This document shows, in pieces, positions 25,729-34,026 of a stretch of 38,088 nt of DNA. The first letter of the stretch is position 1; each line of letters starts with the position of its first letter. A program made the position numbers and the translations under genes. The notes beneath the pieces are model-generated. The model was given only the letters and a program-made list of their open reading frames with translations, did not search any database and had not been told where the DNA came from. This DNA is from a virus, in the IMG/VR virus record IMGVR_UViG_3300042970_000016; one strand, 5' to 3'.

Positions 25729-27726
25729 TCAGTCTTTCTTATAGAAATCGCAGACGTAACCGTCCGCGCGGAGCACCAGACCGTCCGCCCACGCAGGGAC
25801 GCGTCCCATCTGCTCGCACAACACTTCCAAGGAGACGCGCGGATCGGCTTCGATAACCAGCTCGTCGTGGATATGCATGCAGACGTCGCAATGACGGAGC
25901 ATCTTCATCGAATTGCACAGAATGTCGCGGCTTGTGGCCTGCACGATGTTCTCCACGAACTTCGGGCCATACGATTCGAGCCGCTCCCATTTCTTCGTGC
26001 CGCCCACGCCCTCGTAGGTGATGCACTCGCCGCCGAAGCGGTTCATGCCGACCTTCGGCTTCACATACGCGAGATTCCGTCCGGAGGGCAGGGTGATGAA
26101 CAGCATGCCCGCCTGCCAGAAGAAGGTAAGCTTGCCAAGATGAGTCGTCTTATGGTTCTTCACCGCCTGCATGACGGCCTTGTCGACGTCCCACCAGAAC
26201 TTCACGATCTGCTGGTTCGCGTCCCGCCACGAGGAGACGATATCCGGAAGCTCATCCTCCTTGAGACCCATTTCGAGTGCGCCCATCGCCTTCAAAGCGC
26301 CGGTCGAGCCGCCGTAGCCGCACGCCAGCTCCGCGATCTTGCCTTTGGCGCGAAGCTCGCCGTTTATGCCGTGTTTAACGACCGGCTTGTGGAACATGCG
26401 GCTTGCTGTGCTGCAGTAGATGTCCTCGCCGTTTGAGAATGCGTCGGATTTCCATTGTTCGCCTGCGTACCATGCGATGACGCGTGCCTCGATGGCGGAG
26501 AAGTCCGCCACGTAGAACCGGCAGCCGTCCTTCGGAATGAAGGCAGTGCGGATAAGCTGGCTGAGTGTGTCCGGGACATCCTCGTAGATCATCTTCACGG
26601 CCTCGTAGTCGCCGGACTTCACAAGCGCCCTCGCAGCATCCAGGTCAGGCAGATGGTTCTGCGGCAGATTCTGCAATTGGATGAGACGACCGGCCCAGCG
26701 TCCGGTGCGGTTCGCACCGTAGAACATGAACATGCCTCGCGCACGGCTGTCATTGCATACGGCGCGCTGCATCGTCTGGTACTTCTTCACGGATGATTTC
26801 GCGAGCTGCTGCCTGAGCTCCAGCACCTCGGCAAGCTCAGGAGGAGCGGTCTTGAGGAGAGCGGCCACGGCTTTCTTGCCGAGGCTGTCGACCTCCATGC
26901 CGTTGTCGGAGAGCCACTGCTTCATCTGCTGGACGCTGTTCGGATTCTCCAGATTCGTGAGTGCTTGCATCTTCTCGGTCAGCTCGCTTCTGGAGCGGGT
27001 GTCCATGTCGATGGCTTTCTCCACGAGGTCCATGTCGATGCGGACGCCGCGGTCGTTGATCTCCTGGTCGATGTGATATTCGTCCCACACGAAGTCCGGC
27101 ACCGGGAAGTTCCGGAGCTTCCTCTGAATTGACATCTCGACCTCGACGTCGCGCTGGTTGTATTTCTTGAACGTCGCCCATTTGCTTGGATCGTCGGATG
27201 GAAGGTTGCGTGTCCTGCCGCCGTTCGCCTTCGTGGGAGTGCAGGGAACGGAGAAGTAACGGATGAGCGCCTTGCCCTCGTCCATCTTCTGATCCTGAAG
27301 GTTCAGTACTGCGCCGACGCCTTTCAGGCTGAGCGGGAGTCCCATTGTTGCCGCCCAGATCATCGAGCAGCGCCAGCCCTTTGGATTCAGGAATCGGGCA
27401 GTTTCCGTCGACAGCGGATGATTGTCATGGAACGGATAAAGGCTGAGGCCCTTGTCCCGCAAGTATCTGGACAGGCAGACGCGCTCGAAGTTCGCGTTAA
27501 ACGCCCACTTGAGAACCGTGTCATCGGTCAGCGCGTCGAGGATGTCATCCGGGATCTGTTCTCCGCAGGCGAGGTCGACGACCTGCACAGGGCCGCCGTC
27601 TACGCTGTAGCCGAACAGGATGATCTCGAAGGCGGGCGATTCGGAGTACTTGTAGACGCCGCATTTGCCGAGATCGACGTCGCTGAACGTCTCCAGATCC
27701 AAGGACAAGCTGTTCATTTTAGCCAT
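25729..27726 (-). CDS. Phage DNA polymerase, family A
   Basis: DLET exonuclease motif, RTGRWAG, QNLP, DFSAIEAR motif A, R..GK..ELACGYG motif B, HIHDE motif C. Confidence 0.95.
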   Translation of the reverse strand: MAKMNSLSLDLETFSDVDLGKCGVYKYSESPAFEIILFGYSVDGGPVQVVDLACGEQIPDDILDALTDDTVLKWAFNANFERVCLSRYLRDKGLSLYPFHDNHPLSTETARFLNPKGWRCSMIWAATMGLPLSLKGVGAVLNLQDQKMDEGKALIRYFSVPCTPTKANGGRTRNLPSDDPSKWATFKKYNQRDVEVEMSIQRKLRNFPVPDFVWDEYHIDQEINDRGVRIDMDLVEKAIDMDTRSRSELTEKMQALTNLENPNSVQQMKQWLSDNGMEVDSLGKKAVAALLKTAPPELAEVLELRQQLAKSSVKKYQTMQRAVCNDSRARGMFMFYGANRTGRWAGRLIQLQNLPQNHLPDLDAARALVKSGDYEAVKMIYEDVPDTLSQLIRTAFIPKDGCRFYVADFSAIEARVIAWYAGEQWKSDAFSNGEDIYCSTASRMFHKPVVKHGINGELRAKGKIAELACGYGGSTGALKAMGALEMGLKEDELPDIVSSWRDANQQIVKFWWDVDKAVMQAVKNHKTTHLGKLTFFWQAGMLFITLPSGRNLAYVKPKVGMNRFGGECITYEGVGGTKKWERLESYGPKFVENIVQATSRDILCNSMKMLRHCDVCMHIHDELVIEADPRVSLEVLCEQMGRVPAWADGLVLRADGYVCDFYKKD

Positions 27727-28238
27727 GCAAAAATCCTCCCTGTCTTTATTGCGCTGATGATTGACGGCGTTACGTTGTACATTGCCGCGAGTTCAACTCC
27801 TTTGATTCCACAGTAGAAACCGAATCGTATAGCTTGAACGTCATCAACCGAGAGCTTTCTCCATTTGCTGCCTTGTCGATAAACGTCAAGGATGTTTTCA
27901 GTTCGCGTTCCATAATGTAGATTCTCCAATCGGTTATCTGTAGGATCACCGTTTCGATGCAGTACTTCCATGCCTTCGGGAGGAGGGCCAACGAAGGTAA
28001 GCATGATAAGTTGATGCACTGGCTTTCCCGCAGTGCCATGACCGAGAACCACAGACAGATGTCCTGCCTTGCAGTATTTACCGGGTCTGAGAATCCTTCC
28101 TCTAACAGTCCGACAAAATGGCTCTCCGGTAAAATGGCATACGCCGCGAGCATTTCTATCAAGACTGCGGATTCGACCTTCCGTGCTGGCCTGATATCGG
28201 CCTTCATATCCCGGTATGTCTTTCCATACTTCTTCCAA
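27714..28238 (-). CDS. NUMOD4-HNH homing endonuclease
   Basis: EVWKDIPGYEGRYQAS..GRIRS; VHQLI...F.G...VLHRNGDPTDNRLENL; C-terminal HTH; lower GC. Confidence 0.9.
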   Translation of the reverse strand: MEEVWKDIPGYEGRYQASTEGRIRSLDRNARGVCHFTGEPFCRTVRGRILRPGKYCKAGHLSVVLGHGTAGKPVHQLIMLTFVGPPPEGMEVLHRNGDPTDNRLENLHYGTRTENILDVYRQGSKWRKLSVDDVQAIRFGFYCGIKGVELAAMYNVTPSIISAIKTGRIFAWLK

Positions 28239-28319
28239 AATGTATTCACCTCAATTCACGAATAAGGCGGCAGAGAGATAAGTCCCTGCCGCCCGCCAAT
28301 AGCTGGATGGTTTTGCCGG

Positions 28320-28517
28320 TCAGTCGCGGTGCGCTTCGAGCTCCTTCATGCGGCGCTCGTGGTACTCCTTGTCGCGCTCCTCCTGCCGAGCCTCACGCGC
28401 CTGCTCCTCCTTGCCGGAGCGGATCGCGAGAATCGTCATGGAGAGCAGGAGAATGATTCCGGCGATGCCGCCGACTGCCATGATGATGTAGAGGATGATC
28501 TCCATAATGTCCTTCAT
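28320..28517 (-). CDS. Small single-pass membrane protein
   Basis: Hydrophobic N-terminal helix, charged tail, AGGAGG RBS. Confidence 0.75.
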   Translation of the reverse strand: MKDIMEIILYIIMAVGGIAGIILLLSMTILAIRSGKEEQAREARQEERDKEYHERRMKELEAHRD

Positions 28518-28529
28518 GGTGCCGCCTCC

Positions 28530-29108
28530 TTAGTTCAGAAAATCGCTGTCGTCGTCGGTTGCGAAGTCAGCGAAGTCGGATTCAGCGCTGGCCTTGCTGC
28601 CGAGCGGCTCGCCGTCACGGATCTTCTGCAGGTTGTTGAGCCCGCAGGCGATGCCGCGGTTGCCAGAAGAATTGAACGCGTAGAAGGTGATGCTGGCCCT
28701 GCCGTACACGCCGGAGTACACCTCGCTGCGGCTCATGATCGGATTCAGATCCGCATCCACAATGCCCGGAGCGGTCGTAGCGTTCGCATTCACGAAGTAT
28801 GCGTTACGGTAGGCCTCGTCGTCCGGGCGCTCCGCATCGCCGTCACGAAGCGGCGTCTTGATCGCGGAGAGTGCAGGAACGCTGCGGCTATTGCCCTTGA
28901 GCTTGGCTTCGCCCTCCTTGTAGGCGGCATCGATGGCGGCCTTGATCTTGGCGACCGTCACGGTGTCGGACTTCGGGATGATGAGGCTCACGCTGTACTT
29001 GGGAGTTCCGCCGTTGATGGACTTCGGCTCCCACACGTTGGCATAGGACCAGCGGGTGTTCGGACCAGTGATAACCTTCATCGGATTGTGCATAGTTGTC
29101 TTACTCAT
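28530..29108 (-). CDS. DUF2815 ssDNA-binding protein (T7 gp2.5-like)
   Basis: RWSYANVWEP, KYSVSLIIPK, PLRDGD, YSGVY, GLNNLQK, acidic tail. Confidence 0.92.
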   Translation of the reverse strand: MSKTTMHNPMKVITGPNTRWSYANVWEPKSINGGTPKYSVSLIIPKSDTVTVAKIKAAIDAAYKEGEAKLKGNSRSVPALSAIKTPLRDGDAERPDDEAYRNAYFVNANATTAPGIVDADLNPIMSRSEVYSGVYGRASITFYAFNSSGNRGIACGLNNLQKIRDGEPLGSKASAESDFADFATDDDSDFLN

Positions 29109-30243
29109 AATTTTTGACCTCCATAAAATCGTTTTTTGCTGTATTCATCGCCGGACGCTTATCCGAGTCCGGGACGAGTGTTGGTTTGCCCTGCGGCTTC
29201 TCGACGAGGCCTGACAGGAGTTCATTGAATCGGTTCTTTCCGAGGAGCTTCTGCATGGCGGTGATGCCGAGCAGCTTCCTCTCGAATGGATCGAATCCGG
29301 CGTCTTCGACCGTCTTGGCGACGGCGGTTTCGTCGGTGTACTTGCGGATGGAGCGGCCTTCGACGAGCTTGAAGCCGTGCCACTCCTTGCCGGAGAGCGC
29401 CTGCTGGAGCGCGTACTCCTTGATGTCCGACGCCCACGCGACCAGCTCGTCCACCTTGCCGAGGATGACCTCGATCTCCGCGTCCGTGAGCTCCGGCGGC
29501 AGCTTGAAGTCGTGCTGCGCGAGCTTCAGGTTCTCCTCCGCCCGTTTCCTGCAGATGGTCTTGGCCTTGCAGAACCGGCACCACTGGCCGCAGGAGAATT
29601 CTCCCTTGCCGTCCCACGCCTGCTCTGCAGCGGGCTTCAAGGTTTCGTCGGCCCAGTGGAGCAGGTCGGCTTTCAGCGTCTGCCACTGGCTGATGTTCTG
29701 CCGCCTCGGCTGGTAGATGGTCATACTGACCGTGTCGATGTCGTAGATGTCGTCGAACAGCTCCAAGGCTCCGAGACTGTAGCAGGCCATCTGAGGATTC
29801 CGCTCTGCCGAGACTTCAACGCCCAAGCCGTACTTCAGATCGATGATCCGGAGCGTGCCGTCCGCAATGATCAAAGCGTCGGCAGTGCCGAAGCCCTGCT
29901 TCACCCAGCGGGAGAAGTCCACGCGCTGCTCGACCAGAACAACCGGATCGGCGCATGTCTGCTTCGCGTCCTCGACCTGCTCCAGCACGTAGGCGACATA
30001 GCCTTCCGTGGCTTCCTCCATCTCCTCGTTGTAGTAGTCGAGGTCCCCGGTCGGGTCCTGTGCCGGGTAGCCGAGCGCCTTGCGGAGCTTGTATTCGGCG
30101 AGCGCGTGAGCGCAGGTTCCTTCAAGAGCGTAGCTGCTGCCTTCATCCTTGAAGCCCTCGCTGAGCCTGACGGACGGCGGGCAGTGAATCCACCGGTCGG
30201 AGCTTGATGCGGAGAGGACCGCATGCTGTCTTTCAGAATTCAT
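29101..30243 (-). CDS. DUF2800 PD-(D/E)XK exonuclease
   Basis: Start MNSERQHAVLSASSSDRWIHCPPS; EGTCAH, FGTAD, IDLKYG, C..C.....C. Confidence 0.92.
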   Translation of the reverse strand: MNSERQHAVLSASSSDRWIHCPPSVRLSEGFKDEGSSYALEGTCAHALAEYKLRKALGYPAQDPTGDLDYYNEEMEEATEGYVAYVLEQVEDAKQTCADPVVLVEQRVDFSRWVKQGFGTADALIIADGTLRIIDLKYGLGVEVSAERNPQMACYSLGALELFDDIYDIDTVSMTIYQPRRQNISQWQTLKADLLHWADETLKPAAEQAWDGKGEFSCGQWCRFCKAKTICRKRAEENLKLAQHDFKLPPELTDAEIEVILGKVDELVAWASDIKEYALQQALSGKEWHGFKLVEGRSIRKYTDETAVAKTVEDAGFDPFERKLLGITAMQKLLGKNRFNELLSGLVEKPQGKPTLVPDSDKRPAMNTAKNDFMEVKNYE

Positions 30244-30568
30244 TGAGTCCCTCCACATCAAAGAGCAGGGCCTCGTAGTCCTTCGGATCGACAGCCGACA
30301 GCTTGCTCGCACCATACTTGTGGAGCAGCTCACGGATCTGCGCCGTATACCCGGCACGCGACCGTTCGGCGAGAACCGCCCGCACATCCTCCAGCTTCAG
30401 CTCCTTCTTCTCAGGCTCGGCCTGCGGTGCTTCTGGCTCGGGAGCGGGTTCCGCTTCCTCTGTGATGCCGGAGAACTGCTGGTAGAGCCAGTCGGCTGCC
30501 GAGTTAATAGCAGCGGCTGCATCGCGGAGCTCCCTGATGGTCTGATCCATTTCTGCCATTTTTGACAT
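30233..30568 (-). CDS. Conserved hypothetical phage protein
   Basis: Start MSKMAEM after GGAGG; LEDVRAVLAE.SRAG...LL.KYGA.KLS.VDP..Y. Confidence 0.82.
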   Translation of the reverse strand: MSKMAEMDQTIRELRDAAAAINSAADWLYQQFSGITEEAEPAPEPEAPQAEPEKKELKLEDVRAVLAERSRAGYTAQIRELLHKYGASKLSAVDPKDYEALLFDVEGLNEF

Positions 30569-30710
30569 TCTCTTTACCTCCTTCCAATGGTTGACAATCT
30601 GCGGCAAGAAGACTGAGGTTTCTTGCCAGTCTTGCGGATACATGGCTTATCGCGATAAGAACAGCGATGGTCTCCATATCCGCAGGGCTTCTGTTGCGTG
30701 TCTTGTTCAT
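30504..30710 (-). CDS. Small hypothetical protein (68 aa)
   Basis: AAAGGAGG RBS before MNKTRNR; first ORF after promoter motif; overlaps next gene by 65 nt. Confidence 0.55.
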   Translation of the reverse strand: MNKTRNRSPADMETIAVLIAISHVSARLARNLSLLAADCQPLEGGKENVKNGRNGSDHQGAPRCSRCY

Positions 30711-30752
30711 GGCGTCTGCCTCCTTTCTGGAGCAGCTTTCCGTGCTCCTTAC

Positions 30753-30788
30753 ACTTCCCACTGGAGGCAGGGCACGCGTTTTGACGAA
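30753..30788 (-). promoter_or_regulatory. Bipartite motif TTCGTCAAAA-N11-CCTCCAGTGGGAAGT copy 1
   Basis: Heads the replication operon, directly after the terminator of the sigma-like gene. Confidence 0.7.
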
Positions 30789-30808
30789 GACGGAGGGAAG
30801 AAATTCTG

Positions 30809-30844
30809 AAAAAAGCTCCGACCGCCATTTCTGGCAGCCGGAGC
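30809..30844 (-). terminator. Intrinsic terminator after sigma-like gene
   Basis: GCTCCGGCTGCCAgaaaTGGCGGTCGGAGC followed by TTTTTT on minus strand. Confidence 0.75.
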
Positions 30845-30851
30845 CGTGTGT

Positions 30852-31367
30852 TTAGAACCAGTCAGGGAACTGCTCATGCATTTCGTCCGGGAACTCCTCG
30901 CAGAGCTTCTGCTTGGCCTTCTTCAGGCGGGACAGGAATGTCGTCCGCTTGATGCCGATCTTCTTGGCGATGGCCTCGTCGGAGAGACCTTCCTCGCGGA
31001 GCTCACCGATGCGGCGTGCTTCAGGCATGAGCTCGTCCAGACGATGAAGAAGCTGGGCGAGCATCATCTCATCGGCGAGGACCTCCTCGATGAGCGGAGC
31101 GTCGTCCGGCACGTAGTCGCCGAGAGTGCCTTCGCCGTCAGGCAGCGGATCGTCAAGGGAGATGGTTGTGTTGTTGTGGAACTCGCAGTCGAGGCAGTTG
31201 CCGTCGCACAGCCACCATTTGCTGCGCGGGCAGAAGCATTCGCCTCTGTACTGCATCCGCTTCCTGAGTGCGGTGCGCCAGCGGTCGTAATCCCGGTACT
31301 GATCCTCCGGGACCTCGTACCAGGTGCGGGTGGTCTTGTCATAGATGCGTTTGAATTCTTTTGTCAT
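30852..31367 (-). CDS. Sigma-70 region 4-like phage regulator with N-terminal Cys cluster
   Basis: ISLDDPL..GEGTLGDYVPD (region 3.2-like), GLSDEAIAKKIGIKRTTFLSRLKK HTH; C-x-C-x7-C-x3-C-x2-C. Confidence 0.82.
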   Translation of the reverse strand: MTKEFKRIYDKTTRTWYEVPEDQYRDYDRWRTALRKRMQYRGECFCPRSKWWLCDGNCLDCEFHNNTTISLDDPLPDGEGTLGDYVPDDAPLIEEVLADEMMLAQLLHRLDELMPEARRIGELREEGLSDEAIAKKIGIKRTTFLSRLKKAKQKLCEEFPDEMHEQFPDWF

Positions 31368-31453
31368 GAATTTTTCCTCCTGTGATTGGCTTTTTGTGGG
31401 CAATCACAGGGGAACAATTCACAGTCAGTTCATTGCTGGTTCATACGATCTCA

Positions 31454-31482
31454 TTGAGATTCGTATTATTCCGTGGTATAAT
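31454..31482 (+). promoter_or_regulatory. Sigma-A promoter of the plus-strand cassette
   Basis: TTGAGA-17 bp-TATAAT with extended TGn. Confidence 0.8.
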
Positions 31483-31661
31483 GTTTTAGTGGGGTTTGTT
31501 ATGGGTTGTTAACCAGAATTTCCCCAGCGACGGAAGTGCCTTTACCGACTGAAAATGGCTCCTGTGATTTCCACAAGAGCCATTGAGGAGTAGGGTTTGT
31601 CGATGTTCACGTAGTCGGGTTTGTCGCTTTTGTCGGAGTTTTTGAAAATGAGGGACAATCT

Positions 31662-32585
31662 ATGGCAAACAGAGATACTTGGAGGTTGTGCGGCGGGACC
31701 TTCTTCATATTGATATCCGATGCCCGCAATCCGATGCCTTCGCACGCAGAGATGTACATGGGTAAGCAAAGCGGCATCACTGAGCCGGAAACACTTCTCG
31801 CTTTAGCGCGAGTCGCAACACCGAGCATTTCAGATCCATCAAGATTGGATGAAAGATCATTTCGCGATGGGACTCTCGCTTTCAAATCATGCGAAAACTG
31901 GGGATGGGGACATTTCCGCTTTAAAGACGCGTCTGCAAAAAAATCTTTTGACGATAGGATTAAGAACAATTACGCAGAATGCCTTGCTGCAATGACGGCA
32001 TTTACAAATAAATATCTGGAACTGCGTTCGGCGACCAGGAAGGACGAATACCTTGTAAAAGCACTCCTTGAACTGTTGGATGCCGATAAAACAATTCCAA
32101 GTGGTACTGAGCTATATGCCAATAAGGATGGTACGACTATTACAAAAGCGGAAGTCTTATCTTCCCCTTCGTTATGTCTTGAATCATTCCTTCTCGGCCT
32201 TTGGCACTACTGCATTGTCCACATAAAGAAAAACAGCATAGGCCAAGAAACCTATGCTGAATGGTGCCCGCCTACTGAGAGCAATAATGGGCGACCGTAT
32301 GAAGCTGCTATTGGCGAAAAAAGTTCGCGGGAAGTCGAGCTTACATATTGCTATTCGACTGATTTTGAAAATGATGAAGTTGGCAAAGCATCAGACGGAT
32401 CAGGCAATCCGGAGTCGGAAGTTATAGACGCAATACCGGAGCCTGATGAACAATCTGCGAACCAGAAAATGGAGCAGACCATCAACCAGCCGAAAGTCTT
32501 TAATTTTAAATTTGAGCAATCAGGCGGTGCTGGTAAGCAGATCGGATATATAGAGAATTATTACGAAAAGGACGAGGAGGATTAG
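31662..32585 (+). CDS. Uncharacterised protein A (307 aa): globular N-domain, acidic linker, C-terminal EQSGGAGKQIGYIENY motif
   Basis: GAGGG RBS, long AT-richer ORF, first gene of operon. Confidence 0.85.
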   Translation: MANRDTWRLCGGTFFILISDARNPMPSHAEMYMGKQSGITEPETLLALARVATPSISDPSRLDERSFRDGTLAFKSCENWGWGHFRFKDASAKKSFDDRIKNNYAECLAAMTAFTNKYLELRSATRKDEYLVKALLELLDADKTIPSGTELYANKDGTTITKAEVLSSPSLCLESFLLGLWHYCIVHIKKNSIGQETYAEWCPPTESNNGRPYEAAIGEKSSREVELTYCYSTDFENDEVGKASDGSGNPESEVIDAIPEPDEQSANQKMEQTINQPKVFNFKFEQSGGAGKQIGYIENYYEKDEED

Positions 32586-33247
32586 TGCCTGTGGAGAAAA
32601 ATGAGATTCAAAAGGTGCAGCCTCAGCTTCCTTCAAACGAAACGCCACGTCCGATTGAAGTTCATATGGAGCAGTCTGGCGGAAAAGGTAAACAATACGG
32701 TTTTGTTGAGCATTATGAGGACCATAAGAAGGTTGCAATCTACCTTCCTTCTGATATGGATGAGGATGACGATAATACGCCAGATCAGGTTGACCTTGAT
32801 TTGAGTTGCTACAACCTATTCGTGATCGCCGATGAGATGTTCAAGGGAAAATACTTCGTAGTTCCTAAGGACCACGCTATCGCAGTCGACAAATGTACAC
32901 CCAATGATCTATGGGAGCTTGCCTATCTCACAGAAGAATGCATCAACATCGTGAAGACTTTTCCGGCGATATTCGCGAGCACAAACCATCAGTTCGCACG
33001 GACAGATGATCGCCATAGAGCTTTTTTCGGAATAGTGCGAGACGTGCAGGTGAAGGAAGATGGCATCTGGATCTACTTTTTCAAATATAGGAAATTCGCC
33101 CAGCAAATTCTGAATGAACAGAAGGAAGTGTTTGGCATCGGCGGTACTGATTTCAAAAACGAACTCGATGAAACACACTGGGCTATAAAGAAAGTTGATG
33201 TAGTAGAAGCACTAAATAATAACGGCTGTACGATACGGCTGCTTTAG
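32585..33247 (+). CDS. Uncharacterised protein B (220 aa): N-terminal EQSGGKGKQYGFVEHY motif, acidic linker, globular C-domain
   Basis: GTG start overlapping stop of A, GAGGAGG RBS; domain YNLFV...FPAIFAS...NELDETHWAIKKVD. Confidence 0.85.
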   Translation: MPVEKNEIQKVQPQLPSNETPRPIEVHMEQSGGKGKQYGFVEHYEDHKKVAIYLPSDMDEDDDNTPDQVDLDLSCYNLFVIADEMFKGKYFVVPKDHAIAVDKCTPNDLWELAYLTEECINIVKTFPAIFASTNHQFARTDDRHRAFFGIVRDVQVKEDGIWIYFFKYRKFAQQILNEQKEVFGIGGTDFKNELDETHWAIKKVDVVEALNNNGCTIRLL

Positions 33248-33284
33248 ATTCAACTCATGGAACGCAATACTACGGAGGTAAAAC

Positions 33285-33485
33285 ATGAGCCGAGAATATG
33301 AAGAAATGAACGTCGAAAAATGGGTGAACTTGGAAGACATCGCGGACCATCTGAGTGTCAGCCAAGACACAGTAAGGACCTGGATTAAAGAAGGCAAACT
33401 GCCTTATTACAGGGCTGGCAAACGCTATAAATTTAAAATTTCCGAAGTTGATGAATGGGTTCGGGAAGGCAAGATAAAGGAGTAA
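33285..33485 (+). CDS. Excisionase-type (MerR-like HTH_17) DNA-binding protein
   Basis: LEDIADHLSVSQDTVRTWIKEGKLP..RAGKRYKFKISEVDEW; GGAGG RBS. Confidence 0.9.
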   Translation: MSREYEEMNVEKWVNLEDIADHLSVSQDTVRTWIKEGKLPYYRAGKRYKFKISEVDEWVREGKIKE

Positions 33486-34026
33486 CGACAGGAGGACTTC
33501 ATATGAGTAAAAAATATCCTTCACTGATAACGAAAATCACGGTCAACAGAGCGACCTTCCATAATGAGCCGATAGAGAAGCTTTCCTTTATTAATTTCTT
33601 TTACGGAAATAATGGTGCTGGGAAGTCGTCCATAGCGTATGCCATCAGTGAGAACAATGGTGATAACGACAGTGTTGAATGGGCTGATGGACGGGTCCCG
33701 AGCGACTATGATCTTCTGATATACAACCGGGATTTCGTTGAGGATAATTTTTCAAGCTATGGAGACCTTCCAGGTGTGTTCATCTTCAATAAAATCAACA
33801 AGGGCGTGCAAAGTCAGATCGACGAGAAATATGCGGAGAAGGATAGATTAAACGGCGACTTCACGAAGGCACAGGATGACTGGCGCACTAAGAAAAGTGG
33901 CTTTGGCACGTTACTGACTACCTTTCAGGATGACTGCTTTAAAAGGACGACAAGAGAGCGGGCCGCTTTTGATAAAGCCCTCGAAGGTAAGAAACAGAAA
34001 AAGGGATTCATAGAGGCTATTCTTGC

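Larger units (their letters stand above)
1..31367 (-). mobile_element. Prophage (siphovirus-like, HK97-type head, cos/HNH packaging), partial; continues beyond the left edge, and the plus-strand cassette to the right is probably its cargo
   Basis: Contiguous co-oriented replication, packaging, head, connector and tail genes in canonical order; att sites not visible in window. Confidence 0.95.

Noticed and set aside
27714-28238. HNH genes as parts of group I introns or inteins
   Set aside because: Flanking polymerase and SNF2 reading frames are complete and uninterrupted; the nucleases are intergenic
29101-30243. Cas4-like nuclease suggesting CRISPR
   Set aside because: It is the DUF2800 phage exonuclease in a replication operon; no repeat-spacer array or other cas genes seen
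33285-33485. HTH_17 protein as the prophage excisionase
   Set aside because: No adjacent integrase or att site; such HTH genes commonly precede R-M and defence genes as regulators, so function left open
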